Shown here: piece by piece, positions 13,643 to 28,257 of the stretch
Layout of the letters: each line of letters opens with the position of its first letter
Numbering within the stretch: position 1 is the first letter of the stretch
Source of the DNA: Octopus vulgaris
Lineage: Eukaryota
Direction of reading: 5' to 3'
Assembly (NCBI GenBank): GCA_951406725.2
Contig: OX597823.1
Span: 78,554,001 to 78,618,000, forward strand
Length of the DNA stretch: 64,000 bases
Position numbers and translations under genes: made by a program
The notes under the pieces: generated by a model
The model's input: the letters and a program-made list of their open reading frames with translations, nothing else
Told to the model about the DNA's origin: nothing
Databases searched by the model: none

Positions 13643-15672
13643 AAGAGAGAATTGAGTGTGCCGATAAGTAAGACTTCATCGCAGTTGTAGACCTGAGATA
13701 ATGAAACAATTGGTTTAATTTGTTCCCTTAATGTACCAAAAGATATTTCTTCCAATGGATTCCCCAGTTACATGTGATTTGCTTAGATACAGAGTATTAT
13801 GGCTGAGCATATTAATCTTGTTCAAAGCAATGTGACATTAAATTCTGAAGAGTAATCTGCAGTTCTGTGAAGAGAAATTGGGATTTCAATAGAATTAGGA
13901 TATGTAAAGGACATCGTAATCAAGGAGAATAAACTGTCTGAGAAAAAAGCTTGGGAGTGAGCAAAAGATAGAGAAATATTTGTGAATGACTGTTTTTTAT
14001 AATTCTAAAACCCTTTTTTTTAATTAGATGCAACATATATGTGCATAGAAAGTGCATTTGTGCAATACTCTGATAGACTACATTTACATGGGGTGAGTGT
14101 ATATGAGCAATATTATAATTTCCAATATAAGTGGCTTAGGAGCTGTTGATAAAGTTATGTTCCTACTATACTGTGATTATCTGTGAGGAAACTATTGAGT
14201 AGCAAAGACTTATTTATTAAAATTTTATTTATCCAGATAAATATTAGCATATACCTAAACCTACGCTTATGAAATATTGGTATAAACAGATTCCAGTATC
14301 TCTTCTCTACCGAATGTACATATGACTATTATGACTAAATCTTGAGCCATGATTGTAAAGGTAAAATAAATAGCCTTTTTTCTTTTTTTTGTGTGTATGT
14401 GTAAGAGTTAGCCATAGACCTAATAACAAGACTGCATAGAATATCAGAAATGATGATAATATTTAAAATTATTCTACATCACTAATAAAGGGATTAATCT
14501 ATGCAGATAATAATATGATACCATTGTGCAGATTCCATTATACCTTCCCTGCATCAGTATGAGCCAGAAGACTGTGATATGCTGTATCAACTTTTCAAAA
14601 AGGAAAAGCTGAAAGATGTTGCTTTCAGTTAGGAAGGAATCCTATAAAAAAATTCAACCTCGTGTTTATATATTAGTCCAGTTTCTTTTTTTTTTTTTTT
14701 TCTTCTTGTGATTTTTAATCTTATATTCAACCATCTGAAACTGAGTGTGTTGCTGTAGAGCCATAACCTTTCAGCCCAGAAGATAGGCTGATATTATTTC
14801 AGGGATGTAATTGGTTGGACTGCAGATATATGAAATCTCACAGAAAAAAACACTGTATAAAATATTCACTCTTGATTCTGGGGTATAATTCACAGTTCTG
14901 TGAAGAGGGAAAGGATTAGTTAGGGAATAATAAGTTACAAAGTAGCAGACGTGTTAGAGAAGAAACGGTGAGCGGAAATAGCATATGTGAAAGCTAGTGA
15001 GGGGTGGAGGCTTTTGAATAAAGGTTTTCTTATTCCCAAACCGTTTTCTTTTAAATTAGATCCAGACTATATATGCATGGTGAATGTATACAAACAATAC
15101 TCTAATAGGCTGCATTTGCAACAGAAAATATCTGAATATAGGGCTCTTCATTATATTTTCCACCCAGATGATAAATAGATATTTCCCTGTACATAATACT
15201 TTCTGAAATGGTTCTGGCTGTATTTGAACTCGAACAAAAAAAAAAAAGGCACATGAGCTACCAAATTGCAAAATCAAACCTGTTTACTATATAATGACCA
15301 TTGCTCTTCTCTTTTATTGAAGCTGTTTTGTTTTAGTAAAAATCATGGAGGAACAAAATGCTAAGTAACTGTAGACATTATTTAAACTACATTACTAGAG
15401 GCTCCAAACTTGTTACCACCAACTATCATTTCGGTCATGCTTGCCTCATTCAACTTTATATTCAAACATACCAGTCATCTGAAAGATTCATTTCAAAATA
15501 ATCAGTGGTTTTTAATTAAAAACTGAACAAATCTCATATTCTATCATCTCTTTGATTCTCATTTAGCAAATTACTCTAGATCTCTCTAAGAGAGACATTA
15601 TCATAAAAATATACATTTTATCTACCTACCCAGATCTCAATAAATTCCTTGTGTGTACGTGTGTGTATATAT

Positions 15673-15728
<56 letters not shown>

Positions 15729-16759
15729 GTATATATGTATATATATATATGTGTATATATATAATTGTTTTGGTTTTTTTTTGCATTTTAGTCATACATA
15801 CTATGATTGTTGAAATTAAAACTTGGAATTGTTTTCATGTGCAAATGTAAATGTATTTTCTCATTTCTCCTGTTAGATTTTTTTTTCCCTTTCATTGTCT
15901 AGAAATGTGATGGTTAAGTGATCAAAATGCTGGACAACCCAATAGTTATAGGTCACATGATCAGACTCTGTCATAAATAATACAGTATCTTTGGCCTGTT
16001 ACATTATACTTCTTGCCTCAGTCTAAATAACTGAAATATAAACGCCACCCCTATTTCATTGTTCAGTGATTGACATTAGAAAAAGTACCCAGCCATGAAG
16101 ATATCAGCTCCAACAAATAAAAGCAAATATCCAGTTCAAAAGTTTCAAGCTCATCCAACCCATGCAGGCATGGAAATGTGGATGATTAAGATAGAAATCA
16201 AATTGTTTTACAATGAAAAGAAATAAAAGTAATACATATACATATACATTTATCACAAATGACCAATACAGTACTGGTAACTTGATCAACCCAGTGACTC
16301 AAACCTTTAAAAGAGAACATGGCTTACAAAGTGAAGAATTTTGTCATTCATTTATGTTGACGACATGATCTCCCATTTGTATAACCCCAGCCCCTTAAAA
16401 AAGAAATTATGTCCTGTTGAGAAACTGATGTAGATAAAAATTTTTGCCATGAATTGACACAGCATGGAATCTACACCAGACCTACATGGATAAAAAGACC
16501 TATTCAACAACCCTTTTCTAGGGTATCTGGTAACCTAACAATGAAGTCAGAAGTTTGAAATTGTCATGAAATAAATACGAATATTATGAAGAAGTAAAGA
16601 CCGTAAGTCATACGAATGACTACGTAACCTCACAGAATATGTTTATCGGCTTACAGAAATTTTTTTTCTGCTGCAGTTATGACTAAACAAACCTGCAGGT
16701 CTATCAACAGATTTGTTGATTTTGGTGGTGTTTAGGGATAATAAAAGCATGTTGATTTG

Positions 16760-17065
16760 TCAAATATGTTAAGGAGAGAAATATACGAAGCAGTGTAAAT
16801 TTGTTAACAGTTAAAGAGAGAAAGAAGGTGTATTGATTCTCTATGTTGATATGTTGAATGTTGATGTTAAATATTAAATAAACAAATGGAATTATGTTAA
16901 GGGAAAGCTATTAAACAAATATCAAATGTTTAAAGGCGAAATATTAAGCCAAGTTAAATGTTAAAAGATGAAAAGTAAACAATTGTAATATATTAAAGGG
17001 AATATATTATAAAACGAAAATTAAAGAGACATGTGTAAACAATGTTAAAATGTTGAAGATCATTA
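16760..17065. repeat. Degenerate ~30-bp minisatellite (consensus approx. AAATGTTAAAGGAGAAATATTAAACAA)
   Basis: atgttaa..g...aa...taaacaa recurs at roughly 30-nt spacing. Confidence 0.55.
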
Positions 17066-20000
17066 TAAAATAGTGTAGAGAAGTCAAAAAATAAAAATTC
17101 AATTATTGCAGATTAAGAGATGATTATTTCTCTCCATGTGAAAATATGGTGACTGCTGCTGATAGATGTATGTAGTAGAGTACGTGTTTATGTGCATTTG
17201 GCTGTCTTTGTATATGCTTACATATACATACAAGTTTATGTGGGTTCCATGTGATATTATGTTTCCATGATGAACGATATAAATTTATATATGTAGTATA
17301 TACTCTCTATGTATCCTTTACAGTTGTTTGTGTGTGTGTACATAAATGTGCATGTATGTGTGAGAGGGTATATAAATATATATATAAACTGTGTATATGT
17401 ACATATATATGTACCAAATGTATACTTTGTCACTCAAAATACATGTAAGCATATATATGCACCAATATGCAAATATAAATTGTAAATACAAATGTGTACT
17501 GGTATATATATGAACAAACATAATTATCTATATCAACATGTCCTGACTATGTAGGTTATACATACATGTATGTACACACATTCATCTGCATCTTTTGTAT
17601 GTATATCTACATACACATTAATAGAAGTATCATTTGCTCATGCATCTGTCTCAAAACACACACACATACACACATATACATATACACATACATATCCCAT
17701 GTATTAGCTTGCTAACAAGAGTGGCTCTTGTATTTTTCAATATTTTTTACACTCAGTGACCTTATTATTAAGTGCTATATGTACCTAAAAGACTGGCCAC
17801 TGATATGCATATAGATTTTGACAAAATCTATTATGACATCCATCTCAATCATTATCTCAGTAATTTTGACTGGAAACCAAAATACTTCTAAAATCTTCAC
17901 ATTTCATGGCAAATTTGGAAAGGTTTTGCTATGTCTTTGTATAGTATATACCTATGATTGAGCTAATAAAATCCACTTGAATACAGTTTTTTTAAAACAG
18001 GTCTCAAATAAATCCATCATTATTTTAATGTCTCAAAATAGAAACTCCATAAACCAAAATTAATTAAACTTTAATCTCAGAAATTTCTTTCAAAAAAATA
18101 AAAATAAAAAATAAAAAAATTAAAAAGTAAAAAATAAAAACAAAAAAATTTATAAGATGGTAAAGAGAGAAAATGAAATACTTGTTTTTTTTTTGGTTCT
18201 TTTTTTTTGCTGCTGATTTTATGGAACTAATTTTAGATTCCAAATATATTGGCAAATCTGAAAAACTAATTAATTCCTGTCCCTTATTGTTTTAATTTTA
18301 AAAGAGGATTAAACAAAAATAAATTTTGCAAAAGGGGTCTAAAATTTGAATCCAAATGTTTTCCATAATTAAGTAAAAAAAAAAGAAAAGTAAATAAATA
18401 AATGAACTAACATTAATTAAAACTAATAAAACAAACTGAAGTTTTGCACTAGATGTATATAGTGTCTTTGAGCTAGCACTGTTGTTGGGTGTATGACTGT
18501 CAGCAATAATTTCAATGTTTCTTTATGTATATGGAAGTGTTATAGCCAAGACAGCTTATTAATCATAAACTGAAGGCATTTCTAAAAATTCACTTTCATG
18601 CAGGTTTCCTATAAAAAGGGAAGAGAAGGGGTGAAAATAGATAACTTTTAAATGTATAAATTAATAGTTTAAATATTAGCTGTCTTTAATAAATAAACAT
18701 TTTAAACAATATATTAATATATCACACTAGGAAAACAGTGAAGGTGAGAAGTTAAGTTTCCCCTGAGCTGAGTCTATCGTCAGTTTTTCAATTCCCAGTT
18801 ATAGATACTTTCATTTCTATCACATACACTATGGCTCTTGGGATAGACATGAACAGCAACCATTTTATTAACATTTTTGTAAATTAATAATGACAATAAT
18901 AATAATAATAATTATAATAATGATAATAATAATATTAAATAATTATAGTATTAATGACAAATAATAATATTCCTATCTCTTTGATGCCTTGCTTCAACTA
19001 CATAAAATGTAGATTAAGTATGTCATCACTTGGCTATTTAGCAAAATGCATGAGCTTATTATTAAGCCATTCATTATAAGTTTATAGATATTCTTTAAAC
19101 GGAAGAGTTTAAATTACATAATGAGCAAATACCATATTCTTTACACTACCCCGTTTCTTTCTTCCATAATCAAAGTGTAGGAATTATGGTAAATTTAAAT
19201 GTGTTAACGACTTTTTTTTTTTGTAATTTTTAATTAAAAGCAACTCCATGAAGGAAAATGTACTTGGTGTGTTCTCACTTTATTCTTTTCTGTTCTTTTT
19301 TTTTTTGCTCTTTTATTCTGGAACGTTTCCAAAGAATACTGAAAGCAAGTAAAGTGACTAACATTTCCAATTGTTACATTATATTACAAGACTATACCAA
19401 TCTAACAAGGTGAATTAAATATCATCATCACACATTTGCTGTTCTGTGTAATTTTAACACGTTAAAGTTTGAGCCATTTATTTTCAAAATCCATCTCATA
19501 TTATTAATACATAATCTAGCTTCTATCAACTCTCATTAAATTGCCACTTCTACTTTTGCATAAGCCATTTATAAGGCATGTGAAATATTGCCTCATTACA
19601 ATAGCAATAGATTTATCTATAACGTTGTCATCTTTTGTTGAGCTTTCTTCATTTCATTAGAATGGAATGATAAGAATAGTAATGATTTCAATGACAAATT
19701 CTATAGAACAAGCTGTAATTACCCAGTAAGCTCAGCCTGCTTTTCATCTTAGCAAAGGTATGAATTTCGTATCTTCTTAATTCTCTTGTTCATCATAATA
19801 ATACAAGAATTCTATGTCTAATCAAAAATTGTAATGAATTTCATGATTGTTTGTTTGTTAACTTCTATTGCTAATTTTTTTTTTTCCATAGGAAAGAATT
19901 AGGAATGAATTGTTTATCATCAGTATATCTCAAGTAATTAGTTTATTAACCACTTGTATGGTAAACAGCTAATTTGATATTGACTGAGTTAGAATATAAC

Positions 20001-20123
20001 ACTTTGAAAGTCTCAACTAAGGTTTCATCGGCTGTTTAGTGTTACACTCAAGATGAGCTGTAATCCAATCAGCCTAATATACAATTATTACTACTACTAT
20101 TCCTCCTCCTCCTCCTCCTCCTC

Positions 20124-20164
<41 letters not shown>

Positions 20165-21974
20165 GTAATGATGCAATAAAAGTGACACCTATACTGTTAT
20201 ATCACATAGTTTTTTCTTAAGCTTAGAAAATTCAAACTATCCCATTGATTTTCTTCCGGTTTGGAGTTATGTAATCTGTTTTCATTTTTTAACATAAGAG
20301 ACTTAAAAATGACAGGTTATTGTGTAATTAATTTTATCAAAAGCAACGATTAAAATCAGAAAGTGATGACATACTTATGATCATTGAATGTAGGCTATGA
20401 CGTCTCATACTACTTGCATTTAAGCAATATTTGTATGAAGATATGCTGCAGACAAACTAACCCAGAATTATATAAATACATATATGTATGTGTGTGTGTG
20501 TGTGCATTCATACATGTATATATGTATATATCTAGCACTCTCTTTTATATGTGAGATAGAGCTAGATAGATACATGCACACATGCATGAATGCATACACA
20601 CATACATGCATATGCACACTAGTGTTATATATATATATATGCACACACTCACGCACATGTGTGTGTATGTACTTATATATATATGTGTGTGTGTGTATGT
20701 ATGTATGTACATGAGCATGTGTATATGTATATGGGTGTGTGAAAATGTATTATCAATTAGGTTTCTATATCTTTATAGGATGGAGAATGGCAAGAATTAG
20801 AAGTTGCAGAATTCATGTTTATTCCAAGAGTCTAAATGCTATAAATGAAATAAGAGGTATTACTAACTCAGGAATAGAAGCCTCATGGTCAATTTGATTT
20901 AGCATCATACTACAATTTAAAATGCTTTCGAATAATAATAATAATAATAATAATAATATCAGTAATAATAATGATTATAGTAATAAACTAATTACAGTTA
21001 TTATAAATAATAGTGATAAATTAATTGTAATAATAATGATGATGATAATGATAGTTATAGGAAAAGCTAAAATGTAAAAATATTTTTTTAAATATAACAA
21101 TTGAATATCAAAGATGCAAGAAATTTTGGACTTAGCGCTGATTGGCTGAAATTGTAAACTTCCAAGAGACTTTTAGCTAACAGCAGTGTTGGAGAAAAAT
21201 TCCACAATGTATATATAGTATTACCTTTGATACTTTCAAATATCAGGCTCCCAGCCTTGGTAAAAAATAATGGTCATTTAATTTCTAAGAACTAACATAT
21301 AATGAAACAAGAATATGCAAACATTCACATTCGTACACACATACAGGCGTATATGTCCCATACATAAACACAAAGGCAGTCATTTTTTTTTTCTCATTAG
21401 AAGTAAAAAAAATTGAAAAACCATCTAAGAAATACATCTGTAGCTGACATTTATTAAATTAATTAGTAGGGCTTAGAGCAAATATAATACCCCCACAACA
21501 ACAATAAAAATAATAATAATTTATTTGATTATGGAAAAATGGTAAAAAAAATATGAAACAAAAATAAGAAAAAAAAAATAACCATAATTAGCATAAATGT
21601 AAAAATTCCTGACATGAAAACACAAAATAATTTTTAATTAATAATTTATATTTTTTTTTAAATTTGTGTTGATTTTGTAAACAATTTTCTGTTTTGAGTC
21701 TAATTTTTTTTTCTCTTTTTAATTTTTTTTTCAATGTTCTTTTACATCTGATCAGATCATGTACAAAGAAAACAAGAATTAACCATAGTCTTTTGTCACT
21801 GTAACTATCATGTGAGGATTTTTCTTCTTTCCCCCTTCCCCGACTGAAGATTTTTTTTTTACCCTCTTCTTTTCTTTGGGTAAGTCTGAAGACAGGACAC
21901 AATTCCACCATTAGTATGTAGCATCCAGTTTATATATATAACTTACAATAACAAATGCAAACACAAACATGAAT

Positions 21975-22125
21975 ATATATACACTCACATACACACATAC
22001 ATATGTATATATTCATGAATATATATTTATATATATATGTTTACATACATATATATACATATATATACATGTATACATATATGTATATATATATATATAT
22101 ATACATACACATATATATATATACA

Positions 22126-22181
<56 letters not shown>

Positions 22182-22206
22182 CACACATATAGACACACAC
22201 TTGCAT

Positions 22207-22237
<31 letters not shown>
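21975..22237. repeat. Compound (TA)n/(CA)n microsatellite
   Basis: Direct reading. Confidence 0.95.
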
Positions 22238-22240
<3 letters not shown>

Positions 22241-22794
22241 GTACCAACATAGTTTCAACAACATTAACAAAATAATGATTTTTGGTTTGAAATTAAGGAT
22301 TAAAGTTTGTTTTTATAGTTTCTTTCTTTCCACAGTCCATTCTCATTTATAAACATTTTAAGGAAATAAATTAAAATCAAAAAATAAAATTACACCAAGT
22401 TTTAAAAAAAAAGTTATATATAAATAAAGAAAGAAAAAATAAAGAAAACTTCAGATTTTTCTAGCCCTAATTGTAACAATGTTGCATTTTGCACCTCCAC
22501 ACATTTTGAAATAAATGTCTGATTGCAATATTTACATTCTGGGTTGCATTGTCTCTTTGTTTATCTTCTTTTATCCTTTTATCTTTTGTCGTTTATCCAT
22601 ATTGTGTGATATGAGTGTGATAGTATGTCATACCAAGAGATTATTTGTTTTTAAGTTAAGTTGTTCAACCAGCCTCTTTTCTGTTTTGTGATGATCTTTG
22701 TTGTTTGATATTGTGGAAAATTTCACTGAGCTAATCTCTACCTGTCTGTCTCCCCGTTTTTCACTGTCTGTTTCTCTGTCTGTCTCTCTATTTG

Positions 22795-23016
22795 CCTATA
22801 TATCTATCTCTCTATCTATTTATCTATCTATCTATCTATCTACCTTTTTTCTCTTTTTATGATCCCTTTTGATCAAAAACCTACCCCCTTTTTCATTTTT
22901 ATTTCTGTTTCTTTTTTTTCTCTCCAAAAAGAAAAGATCTACTTTGTAATTTGTTCCTTCTGTGTTCAACCCTGTGTGGCTAATAAAGAAACATGTCTAT
23001 CTATCTATCAATCTAT

Positions 23017-23096
<80 letters not shown>

Positions 23097-23505
23097 TTGT
23101 CTGTCTGTCTATCTATCTCTCCCCCTTTAGCTCTTTCATTCTTACTCTTCCCTCCATCTCCCACACTCTCCCGTTCTCTTCTCTCTTATTCCCCTCTCTC
23201 TCAGTCCCTCCCTTTCCCCCTCATAGTACCCTAATACCCTCACTCCTCTCTCACTCCCCGTTCCTTCACTTTTCTCCACATTTGATCTCATCACCCTCCT
23301 CCTAATCCCCTTCTCTCTCTTACCTCTCACTCTTTCTCTTTCTCACTCTCTCTCCTCCCCTTTCTCTCTTTTTCTCCCTCTCCTCTCCTCCCGTTCCTTT
23401 GCCCACTTTTACCCTCTCTCTCTCTCTTCTTGTTCTTATCTCTGTCCCCTGTCTTCCCTCTCTCCTCTCTCTCTCCCCACCTCTCATTCTCTCTTATACT
23501 TCTTT
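22795..23505. repeat. (ATCT)n arrays plus a ~400-nt polypyrimidine (CT-rich) tract
   Basis: Direct reading. Confidence 0.9.
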
Positions 23506-23989
23506 CTATTATAATATGATTTGATTATGAAAACCTGGTCTCATATCTAATGTTCCAAAACTGACCAAAATGATTGGCAAGTCTGATCTACAAAGGAGAA
23601 CCAGAGTAATATTCACACCCTTCCCTCCATCGACACACAATCCCATGACAGAAAAACAATTACAGACTTACTGAGCTGATGTATAAACATGTTACTGTAA
23701 GAGCTAATATTGTCACGAGAAGAATGTTAATACATTGGTACAAACACCGATATCACTTTTATCTTCTACATGTCTCAATCAATAGAATGTGGCCATGCTG
23801 GGGCGCTGCCTTGAAAAGTTTAGTCGTACAAATTGTCCCCAGAATTTATTTCGGAAGTCTGAATCTTATTCTACTGGTCTCTGATGCCAAACTGTTATGA
23901 TACAGCGATTTAAACAAACCAATACTTGAAGTCAAAATATTGCTTCAAACACAAACACACAGACACACACATGCATACACAGACACAAA

Positions 23990-24067
<78 letters not shown>

Positions 24068-24095
24068 TACATATATATATATATATATGTATATA

Positions 24096-24128
<33 letters not shown>

Positions 24129-24182
24129 AAATATATATATGTATATATATATGTATGTATATATGTATGTATATATATATAT

Positions 24183-25156
24183 ATCATCATCATCATCATC
24201 ATGATCGTTTAACGTCCGCTTTCCATGCTAGCATGGGTTGGACGGTTCAACTGGGGTCTGGCAAGCCTGAAGGCTGCCCCAGGCCAGTCAGATCTGGCAG
24301 TGTTTCTACAGCTGGATGCCCTTCCTAACGCCAACCACTCCGAGAGTGTAGTGGGTGATTTTATGTGCCACCGACACAGGTGCCAGTCAAGGCTGGCAGA
24401 CGGCCACGCTCGGATGGTGTTTTTTATGTGCCACCGACACAGGTGCCAGACGAGGCTGGCAGACGGCCTCACTCGAATATGGTGTTTTCTTATGTGCCAC
24501 CGACACAGGTGCCAGACGAGGCTGGCGAACGGCTATTCTATTTCGTCAAAGGCTTCGAGTAGTATGTCTCTAAATCTCTGCCCATTTGCAGGATCTTTAA
24601 GCTTTCAGACCCTTCTCCTCCAAGCAGGTCTTCTTCTGGGCAACCATTTAGCTCTGATCCTGAAGTTGCTAACTACTAATCTATGTTGAGGAGTGCATTC
24701 TTCGCCTGGAAAGGTTTTGGCATTTATAATCAGCCCTCTTTCCCTTTTTCTGGCAAGGATGTAGTCAATCTGGCTGGTGTGTCTGCCAGAACGGTAGGTG
24801 ACTAGGTGAGAGGTGGGTTTCCTGAAGTTGGTATTGCAGACCATAAGGTCATTTGCATCACAGAACTCCAGCAGCCTGGTTCCCTCCTCATTACGAGAGC
24901 CGAAACCGTAGCCTCCATGGACGCCATGGAAGCCCCCGACATGCCATCCGACATGTCCATTGAAATCACCTGCCACGAAGAGAAGGTCACTGTCATTTGT
25001 CAACGAGGTAGTTCGCAATAGGGTGTCATAGAATTGGTCATTTTGTCCTTGCGGTAGCCCTGGTTGAGGGGCATATGCCGAGATGATGGTAGCTGTCCTG
25101 TGGTGAAGGACTAATCTAATTTTAATTACTCTGTCACTTACTCTGACTACCTCGAT

Positions 25157-25158
<2 letters not shown>
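24183..25158 (-). mobile_element. RTE-clade LINE derivative: APE endonuclease fragment joined directly to the 3' UTR with (GAT)n tail; RT missing
   Basis: Protein motifs [38 protein letters not shown] (24605-25157), then a 3' UTR shared with copies at 28260 and 34140; flanked by TA tracts. Confidence 0.9.
24359..24536. repeat. Three tandem 63-66 bp units in the LINE 3' UTR
   Basis: tatgtgccaccgacacaggtgccag starts at 24362, 24425 and 24491. Confidence 0.9.
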
Positions 25159-25189
<31 letters not shown>

Positions 25190-25262
25190 ATATATATATG
25201 TATATATATATATGTATATGTATATATATATGTATATATATACATATGTATATATATATATG

Positions 25263-25307
<45 letters not shown>

Positions 25308-25326
25308 GTATGTATATATATATATG

Positions 25327-25419
<93 letters not shown>

Positions 25420-25466
25420 ATATATATATATGTATATATGTATATATATATATGTATATATATGTA

Positions 25467-25531
<65 letters not shown>

Positions 25532-25557
25532 GTATATATATGTATATATATATATAC

Positions 25558-25618
<61 letters not shown>
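25159..25618. repeat. ~460-bp (TA)n tract with TG interruptions
   Basis: Direct reading. Confidence 0.95.
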
Positions 25619-25621
<3 letters not shown>

Positions 25622-26334
25622 CTTCCGGAAGAAAAGTTCTGCAGTAGGTCTCAAGATGAACCGCATGAAAACAAAGTTCATGTGGTCAGACAACGTACCA
25701 ACAGGTCGAATGGTGATCGGCAGTGATGAAATAGGGGAGGTGAGAGAATATGTCTACCTGGGACAGGAAGTAAATATGTGCCGGGATATCAAAAAGGAGA
25801 TCTCACGGAAAGTAAGGGCCGGATGGAAGGCATTCAATGGCATAAGGGATGTGCTCAAGGGAAGGTTGGACAGGACCACCCACGCCAACCTCATTAACAG
25901 TGCAGTTCTGCCTGCAATGTTATGTGGTAGTGAAACATTGGCTACCACAAAGAGAGAAGAGCAAAGACTGATAACGGCTCAAAGAGCCATGGAAAGGTCA
26001 ATGCTTGGTATCTCGTTGAGAGAGCACATAAATAGCAACATCATCAGAAAGAAGTCCGGCGTGAGAGATGTCATCGCAGAGTATACTCGCAGCAAGTGTA
26101 GATGGGCTGGACACGTCGCCCGGCTCACCGATAATTGGTGGACGCACGCAGTTGTCGAGTAGTACCCGCGTGAGCAGAAAAGACCTCCACGACGGTGGAG
26201 TGATGAGTTCAAGAGGACGATTGGGATCACGTGGATGAGAAAGGCACGATCCAGAGAGGAGTGGACAGTGTGCTGTGACCAGCGGTGTCAAATGAACGCC
26301 TAACGGACTGGTCGGTCAAAGTGATCAAAGTGAT
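25619..26334 (+). mobile_element. 5'-truncated RTE-clade LINE (RT C-terminal part, 3' end with AAAGTGAT repeat)
   Basis: [40 protein letters not shown]; premature TAG at 26160 then RPPRRWSD; tail caaagtgatcaaagtgat abutting (TA)n. Confidence 0.9.
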
Positions 26335-26351
26335 ATATATATATATATGTA

Positions 26352-26426
<75 letters not shown>

Positions 26427-26558
26427 GTAAAAAGTGAAAAAACTACAGAAGGCTTAAATGTTAAAAAATATATATTTGCGTCAATATGTGTGAAGAATAT
26501 TAAAAATTTTTTGAAGAATATTAAAAAAATTTTTTTCTCTTATAATGACATAATTTAG

Positions 26559-26597
26559 AAGAAAGACCGGTTTCGCGTTTAGCTTTTCAAATTTCTT
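26559..26597 (-). ncRNA. Type I hammerhead ribozyme, U3-A8 core variant (inverted copy)
   Basis: Exact reverse complement of 27595-27633. Confidence 0.65.
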
Positions 26598-26605
26598 GTG
26601 ACGTT

Positions 26606-27538
26606 ATGTTTATGTTGAACAGGGTTATCGTTATGTTTATGTTCAAAAGAAGGATATGCACAATAGTGTCAGAACAAAATACCAGGAACTTTAGACTGCA
26701 AGAACTCAAAAACACCCTAATTGACAGACATTACCCAGCTCAACTCATAGAGGATGGGATCAGACGTGCAACAGAAATCAACATAGAAACTTTAAGAAAA
26801 GTTCAACACAACAACACACCTTCCCCGAAAATACTACCTTACATATCTACATACAACCCCAGAATCAAAGAAGCCTTCACCATCATCACCCAGAATTTAC
26901 CAATACTTCATAAAGACACCAAATTAAAGGAAATTCTAAACATACACCAAATCATTAAAAGCTACAAACAACCTAAATCACTTAAAAAGATTCTCACAAA
27001 GGCAAAATTGTCTTCTGATATTACGGATGCAAAAGTAAAAAAATGTGATAGATCGAACTGTGCAACATGTCCAAACCTACTAGAAGAATCAGAATTCCTC
27101 TTTAAAGAGGGACAGAAATTCAAGATCAAATCTAACTTTACTTGTGCCTCTGAAAACATAATTTATGTCATAAAATGCTCGGGCTGCCACCAAAACTACA
27201 TGGGATCCACGGGACTATCACTCAGACGTAGATACGCACTGCATCGACAACAGATTGCATTCCCAGAATACAGAATGATACCTTTGAGTGAGCACATTGA
27301 GAAAGGCACAAAGCAACTACTACCACAATTTTTAATCTTTCCATTTTACCAATGTGCTATCAGATCATCAACACAAATTAGACTAAACAAGGAAACATTC
27401 TTCATTGAAAAGTACAAGCCCAGACTTAACCATCCCAACATACTGATACAGAGAAATTCACACCAAGGGAAAGGAAAAATTTTAAGCGATTATCTCCCTT
27501 ACACCGGAAGAAATCACTCATTACCTCCCCTTATTTAG
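26606..27538 (+). CDS. PLE thumb/linker + Zn knuckle + GIY-YIG endonuclease (truncated; first ~14 codons come from the inverted repeat)
   Basis: LPYISTYNP; CDRSNCATC; FTCASENIIYVIKCSGCHQNYMGSTGLSLRRRYALH; ETFFIEKYKPRLN. Confidence 0.88.
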   Translation: MFMLNRVIVMFMFKRRICTIVSEQNTRNFRLQELKNTLIDRHYPAQLIEDGIRRATEINIETLRKVQHNNTPSPKILPYISTYNPRIKEAFTIITQNLPILHKDTKLKEILNIHQIIKSYKQPKSLKKILTKAKLSSDITDAKVKKCDRSNCATCPNLLEESEFLFKEGQKFKIKSNFTCASENIIYVIKCSGCHQNYMGSTGLSLRRRYALHRQQIAFPEYRMIPLSEHIEKGTKQLLPQFLIFPFYQCAIRSSTQIRLNKETFFIEKYKPRLNHPNILIQRNSHQGKGKILSDYLPYTGRNHSLPPLI

Positions 27539-27594
27539 AACACTTTTGAACATAAACATAACGATAACCCTGTTCAACATAAACATAACGTCGC

Positions 27595-27633
27595 AAGAAA
27601 TTTGAAAAGCTAAACGCGAAACCGGTCTTTCTT
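27595..27633 (+). ncRNA. Minimal type I hammerhead ribozyme, U3-A8 core variant
   Basis: aagaaa-u-UUGAAAA-gc(uaaac)gc-GAAA-ccgg-UC-uuucuu: 6-bp stem I, 2-bp stem II, palindromic stem III, GUC triplet. Confidence 0.7.
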
Positions 27634-27813
27634 CTAAATTATGTCATTATAAGAGAAAAAATTTTTTTTAATATTCTTCAAAAAATTTTTTAATAATCTT
27701 CAGACATATTGACGCAAATATATATTTTTTAACATTTAAGCTTTCTGTAGTTTTTTCACTTTTTACTATTTTCTATATATTCAACCACGTGCTTCCACAA
27801 ACCAACTTTCTTA

Positions 27814-28252
<439 letters not shown>

Positions 28253-28257
28253 ATATT

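Larger units (their letters stand above)
26421..27812 (+). mobile_element. 5'-truncated Penelope-like element (CCHH-type GIY-YIG, Neptune-like) with inverted 5' pseudo-LTR
   Basis: Inverted repeats 26421-26649 / 27543-27772 with few mismatches; flanked by TA/CT microsatellites; GIY-YIG ORF inside. Confidence 0.9.

Noticed and set aside
14200-14860. Ancient LINE RT traces (YADN; IGLQI..EKT)
   Set aside because: Too degenerate to delimit or assign by eye
24359-24536. CRISPR-like repeat-spacer pattern
   Set aside because: The intervening parts are homologous to each other, it lies in a LINE UTR, the context is eukaryotic and there are no cas genes
25156-25726. Many long YIYI/poly-L/poly-N/poly-T ORFs here and throughout the track
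   Set aside because: They are translations of (TA)n, (AAT)n, (ATCT)n and (ACC)n microsatellites
24605-26162. EN (minus) and RT (plus) pieces as one inverted LINE
   Set aside because: Each piece has its own, different 3' tail ((GAT)n vs AAAGTGAT), so they are two insertions in one TA tract
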